The translations under genes were made by a program, and so were the position numbers. This document shows, in pieces, positions 55,484 to 63,449 of a stretch of DNA of 64,000 bases. The notes beneath the pieces are model-generated. The model was not told where the DNA came from. It saw only the letters and a program-made list of their open reading frames with translations, and did not search any database. Positions within the stretch are counted from its first letter, which is position 1. The number at the start of each line of letters is the position of its first letter. Source of the DNA: an uncultured Candidatus Saccharibacteria bacterium (GTDB lineage Bacteria; Patescibacteriota; Dojkabacteria; B142; JAFGMG01); assembly GCA_964391325.1 (NCBI GenBank), contig CAYMJM010000003.1:3211-67210 (forward strand), read 5' to 3'.

Positions 55484-56842
55484 ATGATGTTAAGGAGATT
55501 TAAAAACTTTTACCATAAATTCCAAGCTCTTTTGGCCAATATTTATTACTTATTTCCTTCAAGAAAGTTAAAAATTATAGGGGTAACTGGTACGGATGGT
55601 AAGACAACGACTGTTGCGATGATCTATCATGTATTGAAAGTGGCAAAAGTAAAAGTAGGAATGATAAGTACAATTGAAGTTCTTATTGGTAATAAGTCTT
55701 ACGATTCCGGTTTTCATGTAACTACGCCAGAGCCTTGGCAATTGCCTAAGTACTTACACTTAATGCGTAAAGAGGGAGTGAAATTTGTAATTATTGAAGC
55801 AACTTCTAATGGGTTAGAACAAAATCGTTTGTTTGGGATTAAGTTTGATTCCTCAGCTATAACTAATATTAAAGAAGATCACCTTGATTACCATCACACA
55901 TGGGAAAATTATGCTGAAGCTAAGTTTAGGCTGTTACAGCAGACCAAGGATCATGGGTTAGCTGTAATGAATTTGGATGACTCAAAAGCTGCAAAATGGC
56001 TACAAAGAGAATCGCGGATTTTACCACAAACACTTTATGCTAAATGGGTAACAAAAAAGTCATTACAAAATAAGCAACTTACGCGTGAAGGCATAAAGTT
56101 TGACTATAAAGGCGTGAACTTCAGAGTACCAATTTTGGGTGATTATAATTTTGAGAATGTGTTGCAGGTGATTGGTGTTTGTGAAAGATACTTAGATCTG
56201 GAAAATATACGAGAAGCTCTGCTTTCTTTTAATAGTCCGGAAGGAAGAATGCAATTGATGCAGGTTGAGCCGTTTGTAGTAATAGTAGATTTTGCTCATA
56301 CTCCCGAAGCCCTGAGGAAAGCACTTCAGTCAGTTGAAAAATTAAAGCGTGCTAAAAAGAATCGAATTATTACTGTTTTTGGTTGTGCTGGTCAAAGAGA
56401 TAAGGGTAGGCGCAGGATGGGAGAGATTAGCGCACAGTATTCTGATATTACAATTCTAACCGCAGAAGACCCTCGTGATGAAGAATTGGGTGATATCAAC
56501 AATGAAGTTTTCAGTTATGCAGAAAAGAAAAACGGAGTTTTAGTCGAACGATTTACGAATCATGATGCTTATGGCATTAGAGATCTCAAGGATATTAAAG
56601 CAAAAGTTGCCCTAGTAGTAAAAAATCAGGATAAACCGTTTTTAGCTTTTGATGAGAATTCTATAAGAAGTCGTGAAGATGCAATTGAGCTAGCCTTGAG
56701 ACTTGCTAATTCTGATGATATTGTATTTATTACTGGAAAAGGTCATGAAAAAAGCATGGCCTTTGGTAAACAGTTAAAAGAATATGCCTGGTCTGATCAG
56801 AAAGTAGTAAACAGAAAGCTAAAGAAAGTTCTTAAGTCATAA
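55484..56842 (+). CDS. murE: UDP-MurNAc-tripeptide synthetase MurE
   Basis: GVTGTDGKTT, TTP, EATS, DHLDYH, Y..AK, GRM, VDFAHTP, FGCAG.RD, EDPR, GKGHE. Confidence 0.93.
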   Translation: MMLRRFKNFYHKFQALLANIYYLFPSRKLKIIGVTGTDGKTTTVAMIYHVLKVAKVKVGMISTIEVLIGNKSYDSGFHVTTPEPWQLPKYLHLMRKEGVKFVIIEATSNGLEQNRLFGIKFDSSAITNIKEDHLDYHHTWENYAEAKFRLLQQTKDHGLAVMNLDDSKAAKWLQRESRILPQTLYAKWVTKKSLQNKQLTREGIKFDYKGVNFRVPILGDYNFENVLQVIGVCERYLDLENIREALLSFNSPEGRMQLMQVEPFVVIVDFAHTPEALRKALQSVEKLKRAKKNRIITVFGCAGQRDKGRRRMGEISAQYSDITILTAEDPRDEELGDINNEVFSYAEKKNGVLVERFTNHDAYGIRDLKDIKAKVALVVKNQDKPFLAFDENSIRSREDAIELALRLANSDDIVFITGKGHEKSMAFGKQLKEYAWSDQKVVNRKLKKVLKS

Positions 56843-58099
56843 GGTATGAAACCGCATTTCAGGCGTCTCAATATTCAGTTCAGATTCTTTGGCCTTTTCA
56901 TACAGTATATCAGCAGATCTAATAGTAAAATTTCCGAAACGGCTATTTATTTGATCTAATGCTTTGTCAAGTGTTAGAGTTCTAGTTTGTTGGAGATCTT
57001 CAAAACTGATCATATCAGGGGTTGTTAAGTTTCCCACTCCGACAACCAATTGTCTTATTCTTGTCTGCTCAAGGTTCACTTCTCCTAAAATATGTTTGCA
57101 GACCTGATATATCGTGTATCCGTTATTGGTATTGCCTGGCAAGTGTTTACTCCTATGGAACCATCCTCCTGCTCCCCAGCCATAATTAGATGAATTTTCC
57201 GGTACAAGGTTTAAATATACAGTTCTGCATTTTTGCCTGTGTTTTCTTAGTCTTATCGCGATACGTTCAATCAGTTTTCGCGCTAGCTTTTGTAGGCTAG
57301 AAATATTATTTGTTGCTTGATCTAGTGTGTGTGCGTGTTGCATGCTTTGAGCAGGTTTAGACGGTGCATATTTAATAGGCTCAAAATGATAGCCATGTAG
57401 AAGGGATTTTAAGCGTAGGTAGTAACCGCCTACTATAGTATACAATTCTTTGTCAGAAAGTGCTTTTAAGTCTCTTACCTTATAAATACCTCTACTATAC
57501 ATTTTTTTTGTGATTCGGCGTCCTATACCCCATATATCCTCTAGAAGCATTGGGTCTAGGTACTTGGCTCTTTCTTCCCAAGCGATAACAGATAGTCCGT
57601 CGGGTTTGTCATAGTTGGAGGCAACTTTTGCAAGCAATTTATTATTTCCAAGACCTATTGAGCAAGTAAAAGTTACTCCAAGTCCATCTATGATAGATTG
57701 TTTTATATTATATTCTATCTCTTCCAGTTCATATAAATCTTTGTCAGTCATAGTTAAATCTAAAAAAGCCTCGTCTATGCTATACACTTCTATTAAGGGA
57801 GAGTATTTTTTAAGTAGATCTATAAATTTAGTATGAAGTTCGTAATATTTAATATGATCAATATTGGCTAACTCAAATGTTGGGTCTATTTGTTTTGCTT
57901 CATTATATCTGGTACTCAGTCCGATGCCTTGTTTCTTTGCAGGATAAGAGGCTGCAATTATAGCTGATCCCCAATAGGCTCTTCTCCCTACTCCCATTGA
58001 TTTATTCCTCAAAAAGGGATTAGCCTGTTGTTCAGCAGAAGCGAAGAAGGAGTTAAGATCTATATGCATGATTTTGTTTGTTGGTTTAGGGATATTCAT
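56837..58099 (-). CDS. dinB: Y-family DNA polymerase (DinB/Pol IV-like)
   Basis: HIDLNSFFAS.EQ, ASYPAK..G, YSIDEAFLD, NKLLAK.AS...KPDG, IWGIG. Confidence 0.93.
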   Translation of the reverse strand: MNIPKPTNKIMHIDLNSFFASAEQQANPFLRNKSMGVGRRAYWGSAIIAASYPAKKQGIGLSTRYNEAKQIDPTFELANIDHIKYYELHTKFIDLLKKYSPLIEVYSIDEAFLDLTMTDKDLYELEEIEYNIKQSIIDGLGVTFTCSIGLGNNKLLAKVASNYDKPDGLSVIAWEERAKYLDPMLLEDIWGIGRRITKKMYSRGIYKVRDLKALSDKELYTIVGGYYLRLKSLLHGYHFEPIKYAPSKPAQSMQHAHTLDQATNNISSLQKLARKLIERIAIRLRKHRQKCRTVYLNLVPENSSNYGWGAGGWFHRSKHLPGNTNNGYTIYQVCKHILGEVNLEQTRIRQLVVGVGNLTTPDMISFEDLQQTRTLTLDKALDQINSRFGNFTIRSADILYEKAKESELNIETPEMRFHTL

Positions 58100-58103
58100 A
58101 TAT

Positions 58104-58358
58104 TTAATCTTCCCAGTAAATTTCCTCTAGCCACCAGGATAGCGTATCCGTATCTAGCCTGATTTTAAAAGCGCCCTTGCTGTTAGATACAGAAAATAAG
58201 TGAACAGGAACTGTCCCGTTAGAGGCTTTGGTTATAAGGTTGAGAGAAGTGATCTTATACAGTTTATTTTTCCAAGCAAAAGCACGAATTTGAGGTTTCT
58301 GTTCTCCAAATTGTACCCATACATCTATGGAGTCATGTATATATTCGTATCTACGCAT
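58104..58358 (-). CDS. Small DinB-associated protein (DUF6504/ImuB C-terminal-like, by my reading)
   Basis: P..F.W....Y.I......F.V.....F.I..D....W.LEEI pattern; ends 4 bp before the dinB start. Confidence 0.7.
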   Translation of the reverse strand: MRRYEYIHDSIDVWVQFGEQKPQIRAFAWKNKLYKITSLNLITKASNGTVPVHLFSVSNSKGAFKIRLDTDTLSWWLEEIYWED

Positions 58359-58389
58359 GTGAAAGAATAGTAATTTTTATAATATCATA

Positions 58390-58405
58390 CCGAATAAAAA
58401 CCGAA
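58390..58405 (-). promoter_or_regulatory. TTCGG-N6-TTCGG direct repeat in the dinB operon promoter
   Basis: CCGAA-TAAAAA-CCGAA on the + strand, directly upstream of a minus-strand TATGAT. Confidence 0.7.
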
Positions 58406-58539
58406 GATACAAGAATTTTTATTAACTTGGTTTCTCTTTAATATTAGCCTATAATTTAATCTGTAACTTACAAAAATATTTTCGTATGCGTGTATTGAAG
58501 AGGTAATAATTCTATTTTTAATTATTAAGAGTTTTATGT

Positions 58540-59421
58540 ATGAATTATCTCAAAAAAGTAGAGGAATCTATAAAGTTTACATGGAAGTATAAAACTTTAT
58601 GGATATTTGGAGCAATTGTTTCGATTTTTGGAGGGGGAGGCTTCTTCAACTCTCCGGGCAATTTTAGTAGTGATCAAAACTCTCAGGTAGCTGATAAAGT
58701 AGAAGAAATATCTGAGTCTCCAACGGCAATTGTACTGATTATTGTATTTTCTATAATTGCTCTTATCCTTGCAGTTATTGGCTGGTATCTAAACAGTGTG
58801 GCAAAAGCTGCATTGATTAATTCCGTCAAGGTTGATGCTGCTGGAGGCAGACCTACTTTTAAAGAAGGTTGGAAATTCGGAAGAACTCTGGCTTTAAGAA
58901 TAATGTGGATGGATGTGATTGGCTTTGGTATCAGTTTAACTATTATTATACCAATTCTCCTTGTGGTCATACTGGGAATTCTTTTTCCACCGTTTTTTAT
59001 ACTTTTCTGCCTGTTGATCCCTCTTGTCATACTGCTTGGTGTACTGTGGGTTATCGTCTATACAGGAGCACTGAGATATCTTGTTCTAAAGGACTTGAGT
59101 GCATGGGATAGTTTAGTATCTGGTTGGAATTTAGCAAAAAGTACTATTGTAGAGTATATCGTAGGAGGGCTGGTTTCGCTACTTACTGGATGTATCTGGG
59201 CTGTAGTTTTAATACCTTTGGCAATAATTTCGGTTATCTTTTTTATACTTCTGGTTGCAATGACATTATTGATAAATCCTATCCTTGCTGTTCTTATACT
59301 GATAATAGGACTTCTGTTAGGGGTGCTGGCTATGGCGTTAGTTAATGCTCCTTATGCTGTATTTACTAACACATATTGGACGAAAGTGGTTATGACGTTA
59401 ATGGAGAAGTTTGAAAAATAG
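58540..59421 (+). CDS. Multi-pass membrane protein
   Basis: TWKYKTLWIFG N-terminus and several long hydrophobic helices. Confidence 0.8.
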   Translation: MNYLKKVEESIKFTWKYKTLWIFGAIVSIFGGGGFFNSPGNFSSDQNSQVADKVEEISESPTAIVLIIVFSIIALILAVIGWYLNSVAKAALINSVKVDAAGGRPTFKEGWKFGRTLALRIMWMDVIGFGISLTIIIPILLVVILGILFPPFFILFCLLIPLVILLGVLWVIVYTGALRYLVLKDLSAWDSLVSGWNLAKSTIVEYIVGGLVSLLTGCIWAVVLIPLAIISVIFFILLVAMTLLINPILAVLILIIGLLLGVLAMALVNAPYAVFTNTYWTKVVMTLMEKFEK

Positions 59422-59434
59422 CTTCAATAGTATT

Positions 59435-60400
59435 ATGTACAAGAAAATTATTGTAGTTGGTGGCCCAACTGCTACAGGAAAGACTAAGCTGGCAATTTCT
59501 GCTGCTTCTATCGTGAATGGAGAAATACTGAATGCGGATTCTATGCAAGTCTACAGTAGTTTAAATATCGGCACTAACAAGGGAGACCTGGCTTCTGCAA
59601 AAAATGTAAGAGAACGCGAAGTTTTATTGGATCAAAAAAAGTTTGTAATCAAGCCCTATTATTTGGAGGGCTCCAAAATAGTTAGTTGGCTATTTGATCT
59701 TGTCCCACCAGATTATAATTTTACTGTTATAGAATATAAGCAATTAGCAGAGCACTTTATTCAAGATATAAGAAGTAGGGGGAAGGTCCCAATTCTTGTG
59801 GGTGGAACAGGATTATATATAGACGCTGTTCTCAGAGATTATAATACACGGGGTCAAGTGAATAGAAAGCTAAGGGAAGAGTTAAAGTATCTTTCAATAC
59901 CTGAGTTGCATACTAGGCTTCTGGAGTTAGATTTTAAGCCGGACCTTCTGAACAATTCTGATAAAAATAACCCCAGACGGTTGATTCGTTTAGTTGAGAA
60001 ATTAAAATCAGAGAATACTCCTATTTATAAAAGCGCTAGCTTTGTTTATGATCACGTATTTCTGTACCCTCGATTTGAGTTTAAAGAATTAGAGCAAAAG
60101 CTAAAGCTGCGAGTAGATAGAATGCTAGCTGAAGGATTTATCATGGAAGTTGAAGAGTTGCTACGCAAGGGATATAGTTCTGAACTAAAAGCTTTGCAAG
60201 CTACGGGATATAGAGAAGTTATTATGTTTTTACAAGGAAAAATTATTTCTATAGAAGAATTAAAGAAAAAAATAGTATTGGCTCATAGGCAGTATGCAAA
60301 GCGGCAAGTTACTTGGTTTGAAGGACGAGGGAGAAACTACGATTTGGTAAGGATTAACTTCGATTCTAAGTCAGATTTAGAAAATTCTCTAGAAATTTGA
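59435..60400 (+). CDS. miaA: tRNA dimethylallyltransferase
   Basis: GPTATGKT, NADSMQVY, IGTNK, VGGTGLY, GY.E, YAKRQ.TWF. Start placed at ATG 59435. Confidence 0.95.
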   Translation: MYKKIIVVGGPTATGKTKLAISAASIVNGEILNADSMQVYSSLNIGTNKGDLASAKNVREREVLLDQKKFVIKPYYLEGSKIVSWLFDLVPPDYNFTVIEYKQLAEHFIQDIRSRGKVPILVGGTGLYIDAVLRDYNTRGQVNRKLREELKYLSIPELHTRLLELDFKPDLLNNSDKNNPRRLIRLVEKLKSENTPIYKSASFVYDHVFLYPRFEFKELEQKLKLRVDRMLAEGFIMEVEELLRKGYSSELKALQATGYREVIMFLQGKIISIEELKKKIVLAHRQYAKRQVTWFEGRGRNYDLVRINFDSKSDLENSLEI

Positions 60401-60425
60401 ATTTTCGGTAAATTTTCGGCATAAT
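60397..60425 (+). promoter_or_regulatory. rarA promoter with TTCGG-N6-TTCGG operator in the spacer
   Basis: TTGAAT(60397)-17-CATAAT(60420); TTCGG-TAAATT-TTCGG at 60404-60419. Confidence 0.7.
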
Positions 60426-60475
60426 AACTTTGAGTTTCTGCTATTAAATTCGGATTACAAGAAGAATTATTCAAT

Positions 60476-61750
60476 ATGAGGCAGTCCAATTTTTTTGAAA
60501 ATAGTCAAGTTAAGAAGAGCTCTTCAAAGCGTCCATTAGCGGATCTAATGAGACCAACTACATTAGAAGACTATCTGGGGCAGGATAAATTAGTAGGAAA
60601 AGAGGGTCCTATCAGCAGAATGATACAGAAAGATGATTTAGTATCCATGGTTCTATGGGGACCACCCGGAAGTGGCAAGACTACACTTGCTGCTATTATT
60701 GCGAAAGAGACTAGCTCATACTTCGTTCAGCTTTCTGCTGTAAGCTCGGGGAAACAAGATGTGGCTAAAGTTATAGATGAAGCTAAGGATGTGTATCAAG
60801 CCTATAATGGCAAAAGAACGATTCTTTTTTTAGATGAAATTCATAGATTTAATAAAGCGCAACAAGACTACTTACTTCCTTATGTGGAGGATGGAACTAT
60901 TATACTAATAGGTGCTACTACAGAAAATCCTTCTTTCGAAGTAAATTCGGCACTACTTTCTAGGATGAGGGTATTTGTGCTGGAGAAATTAAGGCCTGAA
61001 GAAATCAAAAAGCTTCTAGAGCGAGCTGTTAAGTATATATTTGAAGAGACTGGCTTAAAGATTGAGCTAAATGGTAAGGCAAAAAAAATGATGATTAATT
61101 TAGCCAATGGCGATATGCGAAACGCCCTAAATACATTGGAGGTCGCCATTAAGATAGGTGTGACGCACAAGAGTAAAAAATTATTAATTAATCATCAGCT
61201 TATTAAACAAGCAGTGCAGCAATCTCCTCTATATTACGATAAGCAAGGAGAAGAACATTATAATCTTATTTCCGCATTACATAAGTCTATGCGTGCAAGT
61301 GATGCTAATGCAGCTTTGTACTGGTTAGCAAGGATGTTGGAAGCAGGGGAAAAACCAGAGTATATAGCAAGACGTATGCTGAGGTTTGCATCTGAAGATA
61401 TCGGAAACGCAGAGCCATTGGCTGTTATTCTAGCCAATTCTGTCTTTGATTCTGTCCATAAAATAGGTCTGCCCGAATGTAAGGTACATTTAGCACAACT
61501 GGCGATCTTTCTATCTAAAGCTCCAAAAGATAATTCTGCATATATAGGCTATGGGAAAGCCTCTCAGGATGCAAAATCCACTCTAAATTTGGCTGTCCCT
61601 CTCCATCTTCGAAATGCACCTACGGAATTCATGAAAGATATAGGCTATGGGAAAGGATACATTTATGATCATGACTTAAAAAATAAAAAAAGTGGCCAGC
61701 AATGCCTTCCGGATGAATTGCGGGATAGGGATTACCTTTCTTCACCTTAA
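60476..61750 (+). CDS. rarA: Replication-associated recombination protein A (RarA/MgsA)
   Basis: PLA..MRP, WGPPGSGKTT, DEIHRFNKAQQD, ATTENP, SALHKSMR.SD, ASEDIG, VPLHLRNAPT. Confidence 0.96.
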   Translation: MRQSNFFENSQVKKSSSKRPLADLMRPTTLEDYLGQDKLVGKEGPISRMIQKDDLVSMVLWGPPGSGKTTLAAIIAKETSSYFVQLSAVSSGKQDVAKVIDEAKDVYQAYNGKRTILFLDEIHRFNKAQQDYLLPYVEDGTIILIGATTENPSFEVNSALLSRMRVFVLEKLRPEEIKKLLERAVKYIFEETGLKIELNGKAKKMMINLANGDMRNALNTLEVAIKIGVTHKSKKLLINHQLIKQAVQQSPLYYDKQGEEHYNLISALHKSMRASDANAALYWLARMLEAGEKPEYIARRMLRFASEDIGNAEPLAVILANSVFDSVHKIGLPECKVHLAQLAIFLSKAPKDNSAYIGYGKASQDAKSTLNLAVPLHLRNAPTEFMKDIGYGKGYIYDHDLKNKKSGQQCLPDELRDRDYLSSP

Positions 61751-61823
61751 TTTCATAACTAATTCAGGAATCTATCAGTATTTTGGTTTATAGTCTCCTG
61801 ATTTAAATTTTTATATTACAAGC

Positions 61824-62141
61824 ATGTACTACCATATGCTTCAGATTCTTGGCAGAGCTACGGCAGACGTTGAATTCTCCAATAGTAAGGCCGGGAAGAA
61901 ATATGTCAGAATGTCTATTGCTGTTAATCAGACAGAAAAGGACAAGAAGGAATCAAAGACTTATTACTATGATGCTTTATTATTTGGGAAATCCGCAGAA
62001 AATGCACAAAAGTTAATTAAGAAGGGAGATCTTGTTTTTGTATATGGTAAACCTGACTTCGATGCCTATATTACTAAAGATAAGAAAACAGCAAAGCCCA
62101 GTCTTACATTACTGACTGAGAATTGGCAGGTTATTAAATAA
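61824..62141 (+). CDS. Second, tail-less SSB-like OB-fold protein
   Basis: ILGR.T.D.E, SIAVN, FGKSAEN...IKKGDLV.V.G; no acidic C-terminal tail. Confidence 0.8.
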   Translation: MYYHMLQILGRATADVEFSNSKAGKKYVRMSIAVNQTEKDKKESKTYYYDALLFGKSAENAQKLIKKGDLVFVYGKPDFDAYITKDKKTAKPSLTLLTENWQVIK

Positions 62142-62427
62142 ATATTATACGATAATGTCTTCGTACATTACCTGGAACAGAAGAGAAGCTGATTTTCTGG
62201 TATCAGGTTGCTTCAGCTCCCATTATAGTTTATGCCAGCAAGAACTCTTGCTGGCATTCTTCTATAAAAATACTGTCGCCTGACTACTCTAATATTATCT
62301 ACTATAAACGATGAGGCGTTTTCACGATCTGGAAACGCTCATCTCCTCAAGGAAAACTGTCGGAGGCTGTGTAAGCATTTTAAGGATTCAGTCTTATATA
62401 AGAGCCTTTGTCACAAGAGATGTATTT

Positions 62428-63129
62428 CTATAGGGGTTGAGAAGCTTGTATCAGTAGATTTTTTATTTGGCTAATATCTTTTTGCCAGGCTTTACCGTCC
62501 CACCATTCTAGGCCTCTAAATTGTAGTTTGTATATATCAGCAGATCTTGTAGCAGAGCCGAGATAAATATACTTTTTTTGGGTTTCTTTTGCCCATACGA
62601 TTGCTTTGAGCATCATACCCATTCCTACATTAGAAGTCGTTGTGTCTAGTGAGTAAAAAGGGTAGCAGTAATGCAGAATATTGTCTGTATGGAAACAAAT
62701 AGAGTACCCTAGGGGTTTTTGATAATCTGGGTTTTGCTTAATTGGCTGGGCAGGCGAAACGTAGGCCAAAAGTAGGTTGAATTTTTGATTATTCTTCTGA
62801 TAAAGAATCTCGCGGAATTTATTTGCTGTAAAATCAACTACCTTAAACTTTTCTTTATAGAAAGCTTTTCCCTTGGCGATAATAGCCCAGTTTGTTTCAT
62901 TTTTCAATAAAGGCAGTGTAACTTCTACTAAGTTTAAGTTTTGAGTTTTGTTTAAAACCCTATTATTCTCGCTGGTCAAGCTGAATAAACTGAGGTCTAT
63001 GCGCAGACTTCTTGTCTGAATTAAATTGGGGATTCGTGTTAGTACATATCCTTGCGCATAGAGGTTTTCGATTTTCTCTAAACTTAGGCTATTTAGCTCT
63101 TTGCTGTCAGTTTTGTAATAATCGCCCAT
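62428..63129 (-). CDS. ATE/Bpt-like aminoacyl-tRNA--protein transferase-related GNAT protein
   Basis: QTRSLRIDL..F...R, YPFY......GMGMML.AI..AK...KYIYLG.....YK..F resemble the ATE_C domain. Confidence 0.65.
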   Translation of the reverse strand: MGDYYKTDSKELNSLSLEKIENLYAQGYVLTRIPNLIQTRSLRIDLSLFSLTSENNRVLNKTQNLNLVEVTLPLLKNETNWAIIAKGKAFYKEKFKVVDFTANKFREILYQKNNQKFNLLLAYVSPAQPIKQNPDYQKPLGYSICFHTDNILHYCYPFYSLDTTTSNVGMGMMLKAIVWAKETQKKYIYLGSATRSADIYKLQFRGLEWWDGKAWQKDISQIKNLLIQASQPL

Positions 63130-63161
63130 GATATTGATTTAATTGATTAATCTTAGCTTAC

Positions 63162-63389
63162 TTATTTGGGAATGTAAATGTGCTTGATTGTACTGGTTAA
63201 CCCTTTTTTGATAATAATATCCTGCCGAGATGCATCGAAGCTCTTTGAGATTAATTTAATAAGAGCTTCGTTCGCTTTTCCCTTTTCGGGTTGGGCTTTA
63301 ACTGTAGCTTTATAGTCGTAGTCAGGATGACTTATTTTCTGGATCCCCTCTTTATTCCCTCCTGTTTTAATTTTAACTCGTATTAACAT
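63162..63389 (-). CDS. DUF167 (YggU) family protein
   Basis: VKAQPEKGKANEALIKL, I.KG.TS..K. Confidence 0.9.
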   Translation of the reverse strand: MLIRVKIKTGGNKEGIQKISHPDYDYKATVKAQPEKGKANEALIKLISKSFDASRQDIIIKKGLTSTIKHIYIPK

Positions 63390-63449
63390 ACTAATTACAT
63401 TATAAATATGAGATTATAACAATTATGCCGTGGTATAATATAACTTCGT

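Noticed and set aside
62141-62428. tmRNA or RNase P RNA in the long intergenic gap
   Set aside because: No tRNA-like GGGG...TCCACCA ends or RNase P GAGGAAAGTCC core on either strand.
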